Shown piece by piece: positions 13,301-29,000 of a stretch of 64,000 bases of DNA. The stretch comes from Perna viridis (taxonomy: Eukaryota), in assembly GCA_037379345.1 (NCBI GenBank), contig CM074511.1, forward strand, positions 59,712,862-59,776,861, in the 5' to 3' direction. The position numbers and the translations under genes were made by a program. Numbering within the stretch: position 1 is the stretch's first letter; the number at the start of each line of letters is the position of its first letter. The notes below the pieces were generated by a model. It had not been told where the DNA came from and did not search any database. It saw only the letters and a list, made by a program, of their open reading frames with translations.

Positions 13301-16300
13301 ACTTCAAATAACCACGTGGATGTCTTTTTTTCAAATCTATTTCAGTTAGGACATACAAAGCAATGCCTCGACAGCGAGAGATTTTTATAAGTAGGAAATG
13401 ACATTGCAGAGACGTCAATGATATAATAGAACTGAATATTTAATTTTATATCTTTAAAAAATATAAATTATACGGATAATATAAATTATACTAATATATA
13501 TTATACCGAAAAACACAAGTACACACATACTCGTGTTAGGAATAAAAGCCTATTTATTCGGAGTTTCATCAACCCAGCAACCGATCAGGAATTATATAAA
13601 TGAACATACTTAAATTCAAATGGAATTGACATATACTACATTTTGAATTGAAACCATTAGTAGATTGTTATGACTAAAATACACTGTTTTACATGCAGTG
13701 TTTGTTTCGGTGCAAAACAGTTGTTTTGAAGAGCACACGTATTGTCCAAAAGAGTAAACTTTTGTTTCATGGCTTTGACAAATCGTGTGAAGAGCAGACA
13801 TGTTCTTTTAGTCTAAAACCTTCATTTCATTAGTTCTTATTTATCATGAGTATGATCTCCTCACAAGACGTTCAATATCTGACGTCATTTTTGTGCTTCA
13901 AACATATCTCCTGCAACGCTTTAGACTGCCGTTGTATTGGGTAAAAGTATATTTACCACTCATCTCTTGCTTTTCATCTTCTTGTATTTGAGTGTAACGA
14001 CAAAAGCTTAAGCACGGCTCTACTATTTAGACACCTGTTAACATTTATTTTCGACATAATGTTTTTGAAAATACTTAAAATTTTCTCGCAAATCATGAAA
14101 ATCATTCTTTAAGTTAATCTACCTATGACAGTTGAAAAGAAACCCAAGAATTTTTTGCCTGTAAGTGTTGAAATATGTTAACCTAGGTTTCGTCCTTATA
14201 GAGTCTATGTACACAATCAATCGGTGCTTTCATCTTCAAAAGAAATTTTTGGCATAACTTTTATATAAAGGAAAAAATCGAGACCTTGGACCAGCCAACA
14301 TGATACAAAAAACCGTTGCAATATGTACGTAATCGGGCATATAGAGTACTCAAATATGAATTCACAAAGCTGCTCTCTAAAAGTAGGGGTTGAAAGTTTA
14401 ATAAAGATCGACTGTTCAATGTAAATATAAGAACGATACAAATACGACAGTGGTATTTTATTTGGTTAAAATTTGAACATAAGCGTAAGCATTAATTAGC
14501 CGTGGTGATTGTTTGCACCACATAATGAAATTCCATACAATAAAACCATAAAGTTATATAATGATATTTTATACTTGAGACCTCTATTTACATATGTGCA
14601 CGGATTAACTTCTCGAACCATCGATATGGATGGTCGTGAGATTTTGTGGAGTATATACTAAATCATCAACTACTAGTCAATGAAGAAATCGGGTAAGCAT
14701 TGTGGACTTTACGATAAAATTGAAGGAAAAGACAGAAAAAAAAACAATTTGTGTCAAGGTAACCGGTGTAATAAATTACAGATAACTTTTATGTACGAAT
14801 AAAATGTATGTTTTCAACAAGCCTACTTCTGAATTTGAAATGTATTGGAAATGCAAGAAAATTGCAATGATATTGTAATGTCGAAGATTACTTTAGCAAC
14901 GGTAGTGGTGGGTCAAGAGAAAGATTCCAGGCTTCTATTTTTTAATTTTTATTGGAAGTTTATTTCCATTTCTGCTTTTGTGTCAGGATGTTATTTGCAT
15001 GTAAGTACTTCAGTTAGCATTTTCAGTCATGTAAAAAAAAACTTTCAGACTGTCAAAAATTGTTGGAAAATGGAACATTTTAATTCCGCCACCCAACTCT
15101 TAGATAAAGCTAGAGGTTCAACGTTAACATGCAAGATCGCGTTTCACCGATAACACAGTCTGACAAAGAAAGCCTACGTAGAGGTCTAGTGTGAAGGGTG
15201 TTGTTGTACGAATGTCAGAGTAAAATACAAACAATTGTGATTCTCCTTGACGTTTGTGGCTGAATATTCAAATCTGCAAGTTAACTTTTAGTATATAGAC
15301 AGATATAGCCGGATCCTCTGGTTACTACAACAAGCAGATTTAACTTGAAATTAAGACTAGGCTAATATGGTTGTCAAGTACAGTCATCAAAGAATTGAAA
15401 AGACTAAAATTATGTTGTTAGCACTTAACTTAGACATCAACTACCAAAATAGTCTGCATTCAGTTCGCACAGGTTTGGACCCAATAGCCTGTATATTTTA
15501 AGAGGGCATTTGGCGTCAGAGAGTCTTTTATTGTGACGAAATATCGGCTCTTTTCGCATTCTTGTCACTGATTTGAAAGACATATGCACTCCATAAATCT
15601 AACTCCAGACACAGTCCCTTAAACATACCGATAACATTCCCATAGTTTTAAAGAAGTTACCTTTAAATATATAATATACCGACTTCTGTAGTACTCACTG
15701 CAATATCTAAGCACTGTTTGGAAAACAACCGACATCAAAGTCAACATGACAAGTAGAATGTTTAACTGATTTCGACAAACAAACATTACCTTTTTATTTG
15801 ATTAGTCAGTAAAAACGTTCAAAGTATAAGGTGACTGTGTCAATTCTAAACAAAACTTCAGAGGCCATAGTGATCTTACCAAAATCCAGAAAAGAACAAA
15901 TTGATCTAACATAAGACTAAAATCGCGGTCAAGTATCCATAAATAGGATATCTTTATGCTATTAAATATATGGAATTTAAATTGCATTAATATTGGGTGC
16001 CAAGTAGAACGTTTGCTTCATTACATTCCTTTTACTGCAATGTAGCCTACTGACAGTATTTACTTTCGACCTAAAGCCATTTGTTTACTAGTTTAAGGAG
16101 AACATCAGTCATCAAAGTTTTATATCACATTCTGTTGACTTTAACATGATACGATTATTAAGTATGGTCAGTTCAGGACAGATTTCTATTGTGTTGGTGT
16201 GAACGACCGTTTAGATCGCTGTATAATTATATGTTTCCAGATGCATTGTATCGAAATTTTAAATCTCTCGCATGGTTCATACTGATGAATTTTCAATTAA

Positions 16301-19300
16301 AGTCATATTTCAACACTGATGAAAAATGAGCGATTTTGATAGCACACCCGCAGGGTATATAGAATTTGTTTACCATTGAATTTTATCGCTTTGGTATTTA
16401 TTTCCATTTCAAGCAGTCACTTTTGTATGACCGGCAAAAGATATAAGAATTTGAATATCGTTCTCAAATTTATATGAATACTTGAGACACAAAATTCAAA
16501 GTTAAAACTCAAGTGCTGTGTATTTTTATATATATTTTGAAATATATTTTGTGTATTGACATTTTAAGAAAAAAGTTTTCAGTAAGCATGACTATTATTT
16601 GTACTGTAACTAGAACAAGGTGACTATACAATTAAACAATCGGCTTCTTCGTTCTGCAATTCAATCGAAGAAGTGATCGAACGGTGCTAAACGTTCAACA
16701 TTTTTAAACAATGTCCAATGCCCTAATATAGATAACTAAAAATTGCCAAAAAGGAAGTTTTTCCAGTGTCCAATCAAAACAATTGTGTTTTTTAGTTTTA
16801 TCTTGCATTAAACTTCAATATCATTGAATGCAACTTTCCCAGTTTAAAAAAAAACTATTAAATCAAAGACTATAATTACACTAGTTTTCTTTCAAATGTA
16901 TCATGTGCTCATGTAAACTAAAATGGGAAGTTGATGGAAATTGTTTTAAATTATCCTTTCAGTACTTTATTTCTTCGTATTCGATGTAGAACTACAATGT
17001 AGGTTTGTCATATAATGACCTCACATTGTTTTCCGGCAAACGTTACTGAACATGTAGTTCGCTCAATGCTTTTAGAGGGTATGTAGAAATAATATAGTTA
17101 ATCAATTATTTGTAATACCATTTAACTAGTAATTGTAATCCACCTCGTAACAAATAAATGTTAATTAATCAATCAAATGTAAAACAACGGAGGGGTTAAT
17201 GTGTTACACCTTTGAGTAGGTTCCAATCTTGGTTGGTAGTGAAAATATTTTGTCAAATTGTTAGCATAGTGTTGAAAGTTAAGTGTTTAGACAAGTGGTG
17301 ACAAACGTATCGATCAGTGTAAAATAACATATTTAAAAGCAAAACTGTCAAACGTTTTCAAATCTCAAGAAATGTAAAGTTGATGTTGTCCTTGAATAAC
17401 AAATAAATGACAAATATTTTTACTCTAATTTTTTTCTTGTAATTTTACTATTGAAGCAAAAAACTCAAGGCTATAAAAGACTCATGATATAAAGAAGAAA
17501 TATTTTAGTGAAATTTGAATTAAGCGTTCCAATAACTATTTCAAACTTCTAATAAGACGTCATTTTATTACTAGTATATTTTTTAGTGAAGTCGTAATTA
17601 GCTTATAATGTATGTTATTTCGCTAAACTGCAATCGATTAATGGAAGTCTATTAAAATCTACACAATGAACTATTCATTCTGATAATATACCGACCATAC
17701 AAGAAAGTATCTAAACTTTTCATGGAATTCTGGCATACTTAGATGCAATCGTGTCAGAATGTGTAATGCCTTGTCTTTGCCATTGAAAAAGAATGCACTA
17801 TCTCAAGAATGCAAGGTTAAATCATATGCATTAGTTACATAATCTGATCTCTAACAAACTAGATAATAAGCAGATGCTCGATGCATTCCATGGTTCAAAG
17901 GCCGCCCTTCGAATTGTTCAGGGTCACTGCTACCACACCCAAAGGCCTATTGTAGTGGAGGCCATTGATCGTGTCATCTTATTTGAATATATACCTCGTA
18001 TAAATGCATCTGACAACTATGCATTCATATTGAAGCCATGTTTATACTAAAGGGTGGTGCTACTACCATACTCTCATATTAAATAGTTCTATCTCGTAAT
18101 CATTAGATGTTATTACATACAATGGAACATGTGCGTTTAAAAGACATTTTCAAACCGGTAACGAGAGCTTACATGAAAGCATATAATTTTATGATGTGCA
18201 CTTTTTTTTGGTGTAAATACAGTATTTACCCTAATCTATTATTTTAAGGCGTTAACCTGCTGTATACATATCTATTTATATATCTTTTAATCATGCAGCA
18301 AGTCTTTTCTCATTCATCTCAGGAATTTTAATAACCAAAATAGACAAAGATTGCCTGTGTGTAGTAATTTGTATGCCCAATTTTTCCCTCTGGTTCAAAG
18401 CAGTGGAAATAATTGTTCTCTGTCTGCTTTGCAAAAAAGCTTAAAAAGCTTGCTCATGCAGTCCAGAAAGGGTACAATGTTGAACTGTATACCGGCTCTG
18501 GTGGGTCAGGGGTTGGATAGGTGCCTACTAATTAAACAAGATGGCATACCTAAGCACTTTAAAACCATTAACTTTTTTTTAATATCATTTCATTTACTTG
18601 GGAGAGACGATTTTACTCAAAGTGACGGATATTGCCGAAGTTTGTCTTTATGCAAGAATCGTGGTAGTATCAGCCAAAGGTTAGATGTAATAAAGGCGAT
18701 GAAGATCTACCATTAAGGCGAGAGAAAAAAAAAACTTTGAGATAGATACAAACAGAATACTAGCGCTTGTTCAAATGAGTAGTCATACAAAATTAACTGA
18801 TTCGACGCAAACCATTTTTCTCTGATAGCGGAAAAAAATCTACTTAAACAACGATTCCCTTGAAACTATTGAAAGTGTGTTTATAAGAAACACAGAAACA
18901 AATTCTCCTAAAAGAAATCTAGTAAACGAACTACATAAAAATAATAACATTAAATATTGATAGTAAAATTAACAGTTTCGAATTATGTAAAGCTAAGATG
19001 ACTTAGTGTGCGGTATTTTCGCACGTTACAGCTATCAGTTAATCTAAGGTTGAGGATATGTTTCGAGTATAATAAATACGTTTTATAAATTGTTTAAATA
19101 CTTACGATCGATAGAAGGGTATCTGACGGTAAATACAAACCCTTTGTAATTTCTGTTGACAAAATGCACGGAATTTTAACGGCGTGAACAACTTAAATTG
19201 CAATTTCAACAAACTAATTGGCGCGAACAACGAAAGTATACAATCGAATGCACAAATCATCATTGCAGGACTAATATGAACAGTTTGTCTGTGTTAAATT

Positions 19301-22300
19301 TGCGCTTGTGTCTGGGGATATTTTGTACTGATTATATTTAATTTTTTGTTCCAACAGTGCGATCATTTTACGTATTAAATTTTGCGTAAAGCTAGAATAT
19401 GTTATCGATCTAATTTATAGCCAAATCATGCTTCTCAATAGTCAGAATTAAATCAGAAACGGTCATTAAAATATTATAGGAAAATACACCTTTCTTTTTT
19501 GAAGTCAGTTATAAATTTAGTTTAAATATTTGAACTACATTTAAAATGGATCGCAATTGCACTCTAGATCTGCATTTAGAGCCGTAATGATATTAACTTT
19601 TTAATGTACATTCTAATAGCACCTTCTTACTTTTACTTGAGAACAATCATTGGTATTTAGACGAAGCAGAATGACTCGGGGGAATTATATTGAATTATAA
19701 CTCTGAGACACCTGTATATATATTTTGGTGTCATACTATCTTATCGGGATACTTAAATGTAGCACAACTGGAAACAGATTTTAGTTTGAATCTGTGGTAT
19801 ACTATGACTAACCAATTATATAATGTCAATGCATCACATGTAGTCGGTAATGATCTTTCAATATTGGTCAGCTGAACCAATAAGTGGGATCTTGAAATGT
19901 TTGAAAACAAAAGTGTCCAAGTATTCTACCAAAAAAAAAAAACTAGCCATATTAAACCTATAGAAACAGAACGGAATGATCAACAAACGGGAAGTCCATC
20001 CAGCAATAAAATACAGAAGCCGTAGTCATTGAAAATAAAGATTAATGTTTCGCCTGACACGGACCATTTTCACATGAAATGTAACCCTGATGTATTAATA
20101 CACATCGCATCCATTTGATTATTGCAACCCATACATTACTTCGGAAGGTATTTATCTTCTTTATTAAATAAAGACGCCCGAAATGAATATGAGAAAATTC
20201 ACACCATAACTTGTTTAATTTTGTAATACCGTTATATCATTTTCTTTGTAAATCTTTCCAGGCCTCTTTGATGTTGGTTTTACATGATGGTACACGTATA
20301 GTGTAAACAAACCCTGGTAAATAAAGACGATGTCTTTTTGAACAAAAGTTATCCTACAGTTTTTACCTGCTATGTAATATATAATTCTTAGTGCAATCTA
20401 TTTTGAAGACACCATTCTCAATCAGAATGCAATCAGTAATACTCAGAACATGGAGATCTTTAGTCGCTGATTTCATACTAAGCCTCTCGAATCACTTGAA
20501 AATGGTCCTTATAACAAGATGATATAATTACAAGTCGTCGAGAACTACCGTCTGACCGATGGTATGTACTAGTAGGCATATGTAATTTCTTTTAAAGTTT
20601 TTAAAACGATGTCTGGTTTCAAATGCACCAATTCAAAATTTCCTTTTAAATTTCTGGTGATAATTTTTTCTTGTGTTTTTTTTTTTCAGTTTTTTGGTTT
20701 GAAATTAATACCATTTGAAATATTAATTTGTACTGCCTTCACCTCGATCAATTCTATTTTTCAAGACCTATTTTTTTCTATAAATATTTTCCACATTAAG
20801 TTCATTATCAAAAGATGTACCTTAGGTAAGTCATAAGTATACTTCAAAATCTTGTTAAAATCTACTTAAATTTGTTTAAAAAGTCAGACGCCGCTTCGTG
20901 CTTTAACTCTTGATTAATAAAATCTTTAAGCGACGGATTGTATTGTACTATGAACAGTGAAGTTTCTAAATGCTACAAGTATCATCGTATCACTAAGTAT
21001 AAGAACTATTGTGTTTGCTTTCAATTAATTTTAATACCAAAACCTTTTAATTTAAATGTATTTTCCAATATTATTGGTTAATTGACATTTATGGATGTAT
21101 ATGCATGCTTATTCTCCTCGTATGGGGATATGAATGCTCCTGAGTGTGGAAAAGCCAAGTAGTATACACAGAAAAATATCCTGATTTAGATTATTAAGTT
21201 AAGACAGCCATATTTGTTTTGTCTCTATTCTTTCGAGTTAAGTGAAAGAGTTCATACTTTTAGAGAGATATTTACATTTCATTTAACATTAATAGTTAGC
21301 TAGATTTAGTGTAAAATCCTAAGATTGTATCGCACAGATTAAATCGCCAATGATACTATCAAATATTCGAACCAACCATGTGCATCTATTCGAAACTATT
21401 TTAAAGTAAAGTCGAGCATATGACAATATTTGCTCCTCTTCCAAATTCTACGAACGCCTCAGTGCTTAAACAAAAAGATACCATGCTTACTTTAAATAAT
21501 TATTCTAACTTTTCATCTCTATATGGTACTTTATTTCTTTGCGGAATTATATTTATGGTTATGTGGCATTCACCTCACGAAACATAATGAGAATATGAAA
21601 AGAAAGATTTAAGTTGCAAAAATATTATGTCATGAGGACCAGTCTTGATATGATTAAATTCCTGCATAAATTACAGCAAGATTTCTTTTTGCGATATGCA
21701 ACATAAAATAGGCATATTTTGTAAGTAAAAGGCTTGTCCATATATAGCTATCGATCAAGAGGAACACATGAGAAGAAAATGTGAAAATTACCTTTAAAAC
21801 CTGTTTAAAATCTTCAGATCTGTCTCTATATGCACTTAAGGTAGAAGTCTGTGAACACATGGAGTGCATATGTATTCCAATTAAGAAATTATATCCAATT
21901 AATTATAATTGCAATGTACGAAACACTGATAAATCCAGATATCATAACACTAACTTATCTCGCTGTTGACACAGCGGGGAAAAATTCGTTCCGTACTTTT
22001 ACTTATATCCCTTTTATAAGTAGCATCCTTTTGACTTTCGACTTATTTTTTAGCCTTTTTACCTATCGTTAGTTAAACATTATAAGTTTTTGGATATTTA
22101 ATTTTTTGAACAGGTGATCATAGCCTGTTTTCACTTTAGGCTACGTACCAATCGGTTGTATATTTTAGTTTGATTGGCAGGGCAAGCTACCTGTGACTCT
22201 GTGGTGAAATTTGTCTGTTCATGTGACTATATACACCCTTAACTGTAAATTTGATAAGATGCTTTTACCATATTTATACTGTGCTATGAATGTGCGCATT

Positions 22301-23919
22301 TTAAGGATTTTTGAAATTCCTTCTATTTTTATGCAAAAGTTCTGATGACGTATAAACGATGGCACGATTATCGAAAACCGGAAGTGATACATTCTACATC
22401 TATGTAGATGGAATCTCGGCTTGCCTCTGCAAGCTCTCGGTATAATAGTATTTATGATAAGAAATATGTTATTAAACGTTATAGCACCTTTGCCAATATT
22501 TCATAAAACATTGTCGTAAAAATGTGAAAGTGTGTTATATCATTAATATTTTAGCAGACTGGTTTCCACCAGAAAAAAAGACAATAATTCCGAGAATATT
22601 TCTTCGTCCTGTTTACGTTTCAATCCGACAATGAGGATTCAGCACATAAGTCTATTTTCATTCATGAGAATAGAACTTTGAAATATGGTAGCGGGCGGAA
22701 TCTCCAGAATATATATTTCATTTTAATAATAGATAATTCATTTGTCATAAAAGTAATTAGTGATTAAAGGTCTCGACACACTTTTTACCACATATGTTAT
22801 TGGTTAGCAGTACATTTTAGCCTAATGACTGACTTTCTTGAGAAATTTCTGGGCAAAGGCCAGGGTCACAACACACATACTTGACATTTGCTTAAGTCCT
22901 AGTCAGTCTTTAACTTAATCCCATGAGACGATTTGTCGTATTCGCTCCCGTCCGGAATAAGTCATAGTTTATTTAGTTGAAACACGAACGGTTAGCTTAC
23001 TAATTCTTATCAAAGTGCTGCACATTTTTGCGATATTAAGAGATTACGATATTATGGTTTTATAAACAGAGAGAAATTTATTTCATATTAATGCAGAATA
23101 CATACCGATTTGTGTATCTTGACACTAGATCAAAAGATATGGTTGTCAAGACTTTTATATGGAATTTTTCCTTAGACCCTTGTATACATGCATTTTAAAT
23201 TTCTGGCGTGAGAGTCAATTTTTTCCGTCGATGCACTCCGCCTTATCTACTTGGAATACCTGAGGAATTCGCTTGGTGATAATATTACTGGTATACATTG
23301 CAATGTGTGTACATAATAGTTAGATTGGGTGTAATATATTACTTATATTAATTCCGCTCTAGTGATATATGCCTTGTATAGGTGCGAACGCGTTATTTAG
23401 TAGATTACCATTACTTATAAATGTAGACTCCGAGATAAAATCCGTTTACTTCAAGTTAGCAAACCTTCTATAAGTCATAACACTAAGATAAATTTAAGGT
23501 AATAAGAATCAAACAAGACCATTAACAATATAAAGTTTTCGTCACTCGAATAAATCATTCGTATAAATATTTTTCAATGAATTCTCATAAATCATTTATA
23601 AAGAGAGTTATATCAAATGAAGTTCAACAAACATTAAACGTACTATCATCTTTACTATCTTTTAATAAGTTTTATTCCTTTAAAGAGATATTTTCTTGGA
23701 ACATGATTGCAAGTTTTATTGGTTTTCCTATACAAGCTATGCATTGGAATAAAGACGCTAACGATAACAGAATGAAGTAGCAACATCATCTCTAAGAGTT
23801 GAATGGCTGAAACCAAATCAGAACATCAACTAGTTATACCCTACCACATAGTGAAAAATTATAATGTCTCGTAAAACAAACAGTCACCTAAATTACTTAC
23901 ATGGTACGCCCTATCTATA

Positions 23920-24065
23920 TAAAACCACATACCAATTTTGAAATTAATCCATCTGTTGGGAGTTGAGAATATTGCGAATTCCATGCGACGGAATTCGGAC
24001 GGACGGACAATGTGATTCCAGTATATTCCAATACTCCAAACTCATTGAGTGTGGAGATGAAATAA
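23920..24065 (+). mobile_element. Degenerate 3' end of a Helitron/HINE-type non-autonomous element with (GACG)n microsatellite
   Basis: ataccaattttgaaattaatccatc ... cggacggacggacaatgtgattccagtata followed by a short stem (ctcca...tggag). This layout is typical of bivalve Helentron-associated elements, from memory. Confidence 0.5.
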
Positions 24066-24930
24066 AAAGGATTACTTACATAACACATTGGTACTTAATT
24101 GATACATGACAGCCTGCTACTATTCTTCTTAATCTCGCGCGTTTATTTATGATATATTTTTTGTTGGTTACTTTTATGGTGAAAATGTGGGCATCTCATG
24201 AAAGCATGTACAGTAGCTGGCTAAGCTTTTAACAAACCAGGAGGCGTGTTTTATTGGTGCTGCAAGAAGTTCTGCAACCACGTTTATCAATTAATAAACA
24301 AATAGCTTCGTATTTGTAATATATTTTCATAAATACCCTGCCTCGGTATTATAAATGACAGAAAAAAATCATGCAAACGGCTAGTTAGATTATTCTATAA
24401 ATATCCCAAAACCTAAAAATATTTTAATCGGTCGGATTCTAAGCAAATAACACTTCCGAAATGTCAATAATTCGAGGAAGGTTTCATGCAGTATCTTTTA
24501 AAAGTCAAATCATTTAAAAAACCATCCTAGCGTTTCTATGTACTGTTAGGTTATCATCACACATGCTTTAAGCCTATAGAAACAAACCACCTTAAGTGTA
24601 ATCCTCGTGTACATGTATTATCAACACCAGTATTTAAGAAAACTAAGTTAACTTAAGACGGTCGTTTGATTTTACCCTCGCCCATGTAACTGCATATCCG
24701 TTGTGTAAAACTTTGTGTTGCTTTTAACATTTTTACCTACGCCTTTCTGAGTGAATCATTTAAAGTCAAAATGTTTTAGAAGAAACAACAATAGAACATG
24801 ACTGCTAAAACGTTGAAGTCTATGCGAGCTTTATGCGAGTTCTTACCGATACTTAGGTCATCTCCTTGGAATTTATTCATATTTAACATACCACCAGAAG
24901 TAAAAGAAATAATAAAAATTACCATTATAT

Positions 24931-25048
24931 TTTAAGAAGCACATACTAATACTAAAACAACGCATTATTCCAATCAAGGGTTATCTTCATCATGACCCTG
25001 GGGGCCTTTGGTTGGAATAATGTGTTGTTGTAGTATATGCTTCTTAAA
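24931..25048. repeat. Long inverted repeat / hairpin (MITE-like)
   Basis: 24957-24980 pairs with 25005-25028 (24 bp, three G-T wobbles, no mismatch). Outer tttaagaagca/tgcttcttaaa also pair. Confidence 0.9.
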
Positions 25049-25939
25049 ACTCTTAATAAATCTAATATAATGAAGATTTTTCAATTCTTTTTTTTTCATC
25101 TCCTGATTTTTGTACTTCTGGTAGGTTAAAGGGAAAAAGAGAAAGATTGATAAACGACAAACCTTGTAGGTTTATGACTGCCCATTCCTACTTGAAATCA
25201 GTTTCCTTTGTGATTCAGCAAGGGTTGTATGTTGTGAATATCCAAATTTATGTATACATTTATAAGAGATTTTTTATTGGTTCTTGGTTTATTTTTTCAA
25301 ACAAAACAAAACAAAAAACCCATTCTGAATACCATTCCCGATAACACTCTCCTTATATGTATTTGGTATTATCATTGTGTCATGATAGGGACACTGCAAA
25401 GACATTAAACACGGAAAAATAACAAAGGGCTGTGGGAGCAATATCACTGAAAATAAACAGGACAGGAGGTTGCCCCATACAGAATTTCTCCTTCATTTAT
25501 ATCACATCGAGATTCGCCGTGGGCAATTAGCAGTATCTTTCTTTGTACTTGTATGTACTGTTGATATCTCAGTAAGTCGTCTCCATGCCTAAAATTAAAT
25601 AAACTATAATGCAACGAAAGCCTATACTTAAATCAGATAATCCTACTGTCGTGGAGTTTTTAAAACTGTGGTCTTAAATCTACACATTTTGTGGAATGGC
25701 GCTTCCTTGCGGAACATTTTAAAATTAATGAACCCCACACAATATATACCCTGGGCTTCAATCGTATTAGGTCGATGACTTTGCAAATTGACCAAATTGA
25801 ATTTCATACAAAACTTACATTTTTATCGTATAATGCCTCAAACGATACTAATTAACTTACATCTATCACTGATTCAACATTGATGAAGTACTAGTACACA
25901 TAGAGTTATGATATAAGAGGTATCATTTACCATACTCTA

Positions 25940-26092
25940 TTGCGAAGTGGTATGTATGAGACTACGTATAATATACAAATCAGAAAGGTGTCCGATAGTG
26001 GAATGCTAGACGTGAGTTGTGACAGACGGACGGACGTTCAAACCACCCACAGAAACTTGAATATTCCTAACGGTGTTGGTTTGCATGGCTAA
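25940..26092 (+). mobile_element. Second degenerate (GACG/GACA)n-containing HINE-like 3' end
   Basis: gagttgtgacagacggacggacg microsatellite core like 23920-24065. Boundaries approximate. Confidence 0.35.
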
Positions 26093-29000
26093 GTTGTACC
26101 TGAAGTTATACAATATTACTTCTTGTAGTGTGTATGCTACAAATCACTGCTTGATTTTCATCATATTTTGCCATTTACGACCTAAGTTATTATCCAATTA
26201 ACAGCATTATTTTTTTTTAATAAAGCAAATATTTTAACTTTTATTGAATTCAAACATGCAAATACTAGTTAAATAATGAAGTTATCGAAAAATCCGAGTA
26301 TTTATAGCGTTACCTCAGGCTTTTTATAAAACACAAAACTTTACACAAAATCTAGAATATCTAGAGTAACATATCACTTAAAGCATTCCTCCTGCAGAAC
26401 CAACTAACATCATTACAGCGCGTTAAACGGTTAACTTCATGGGTATAGTTGGTCTTGAAAGGAAATTAAAACATTCCATTAGTCAATGTGTAATTGAATC
26501 TATGTCTGATTTTTTTGTCAATTATCCACCCAGTTAACGATCATTCTATCAAGAACTCGTTGTAAGTTGAATTTACATGAAATGAACTGATTCAGAACAT
26601 GTAATATGCACTAATGTGCAGGTGACTACTCGTAGAAAAAAATTAAAAGAAGACCTGTTCAGAATATAAACATTCTAATCATACTTTTAAACTGCGAACA
26701 GCTCTTGATTTTGGAAATTGGTTCGTTCAAAAGTAGAAACGTGTTAATAAATGCTTCGGAAATGTGATTTAACAGTTTCTTTACAGTTGTTCAGGCTAGA
26801 TACTTCATTCAATTCCAATAATCTTCCTTCTACAAATGAACCATGTTCATACATTCCACGTGTAGGTTTTATTATCAGTCCTTCTATAAAAAAAGAGATG
26901 CAAAATGTATGAGAGTGTCCTTATCTGCGATTAAGGGACACATTTGTTTCGTTCTATCTGAAAAAAAAAATAAGTAAAAGTTCTTAATTAGTGTGTCAAG
27001 TAACTGCCTTTTTTAGAATAATCCCTCATGTTAGAATAGTACTATCGTTTGCAACAAAGGTGAAAAATATCAGACTAAAACTTCTAAATGGTAAACAACG
27101 CTTTGTGGGACATACACTGATAATAACGAATATACATTTATTTAACAAGCATGCCAAAGTAGCTGTCGAGTGTTTAGAGGTCTGACATGGAAGTAAAAAT
27201 TCATGTCATCTTGGATTGCTATTTACCTATCAATCTCTTTGAACTTTTTTTACGTCTCTTTGTAGATGATACGTTTTCCTCCTCTAATCACTTGACATTG
27301 TAACCCGTAAGAGCGTGGTAATTGTGATCTAAACGGGTGGCGTTTCGCATGACGTTTAATACGTGTTACATAAGCCTTGATGTTTTTGATATCAACTGCA
27401 AAATGTTTATTCTGTAGTCTGAGACCATCAACTTTAAAATAGTTTCATAATATAGATAACACTTAATGTTGGATATTGTTTTCGTGTTATTTAATATTTG
27501 CAATAAATTAAAATTGTTGGAAGGATTTAAAGGTTTGTACAAATACGGTATGTCCTCTAGGCTACGATATGTCCTTACTAGGTATCGTGATACAGCAGAT
27601 ATTTTAATTGCATTGGGCTGAAAAAGATAATGACAATATAGATGGTCAAGTTTTGATGAAGCAGTTTTAACGACTATAAAAATATTTACTTCAATGAATA
27701 TAATGATAGGGCAATTGTCTATTTGGCCCTGTTCTTTACTTTTTAATATAAGAAACCCCTCCAGTAATCTTTCAAGGTCTTGAAAATGGTGTTATATCTG
27801 ACCAAAGGATAACCCGATTGTCTTTAATGTAACAATAATGATCTTTTAAGCTGATTATATAAAATCTTGTGGTCAGCCTTCTTGTGGCTTTAGAATACAA
27901 AAAACTCAACTACACTTTATAATGTCGAGCTTTTGATCCCTTTTGACATTTAAAATGTCATTCTTCTAGTCTTTGATACCGATTTTAAAGACTTCGACTT
28001 CCCCTTTGCAAGTTAAGGGGCTTCCTCGTATAATCTTGATAAATGAATGTGTCTGTGGCATTTTTTACAGTAATCTTTAACTCGTATATGGAGTACTTTT
28101 ACTGATTAGAATGATCGAGGTCATTCTATAGTGAAAAGGACCGAAAGCAAATTAAAAGGGATTAAAAATTTCAAATACACGTCACCATACAAACCTGCAA
28201 TGGAGATACCAATAGACTGTAGCTGAATATTAAATATATTGGGTAAGTTAATGAGTGTCATGGTAAGCAAAAATCGGAAACTGTCGTTATGTTTTATAGG
28301 CAAGGCAGGATGCAGGAATTGAAAAACGGGACGTCACGCTGACTGATCAAAAAGGGGTCGCGCCATGCTCCAGTGGTTTCATTTCATTCCAGCCATTTAT
28401 TACCCGATAAACGAACGAGCGCGCGTCCGGTGTCTGATAGGATAAACTTAGAAACATTTCTAGAAAGTTAGTAGTACCATGTCACAATGCTCCGAGCAAT
28501 GGTCTATGAAATGGTAAACTATGAATTAAGTGATTTGCTTTAGCAAAAACCCATATTAACAGGGCGGAAACAATCGCGAAAGAATTGTTCTACGTTGAAT
28601 TGTGAACCGGAAAATAGTCTGGCAGGCTCTTCCATTATGCTGGTTGGACGAGACAATTCTTACAGTTTTATAACGAATGACTTAACAATTTCTAAGAGTA
28701 CTACATTGACGTTCAAGGTTAAAACTAACCCTACAGTGTCTTTCGTATCATTTGAAATGTATAAATCTTTACCGAATAGTCATTGAGATACTCTGCTGGG
28801 TTTAAATGTACTCCATGTTGCTTTAAATAATAACTAGGGACATGTCTCATAAAAAGTTCCGTAATTACCATATCAATACAAAACAAAATCGACGATGGCA
28901 TGTATTGTACAGACAGTCAGACCGACAGCTCTTTATTAAAAGATCACATCTTATAAAGATATACGTGTACAGCAATATACATATTTGAATCGACACATTG

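Noticed and set aside
16316-16370. Hammerhead-like CTGATGA-aaaat-gagcg-atttt-GATA
   Set aside because: GAAA is GATA, stem II lacks the G-C closing pair, and stems I/III and the cleavage triplet do not form.
28395-28435. gcgcgcgtccggtgt resembling the palindromic stem III of Penelope minimal hammerheads
   Set aside because: CTGANGA and GAAA cores are not present; at most a very decayed relic.
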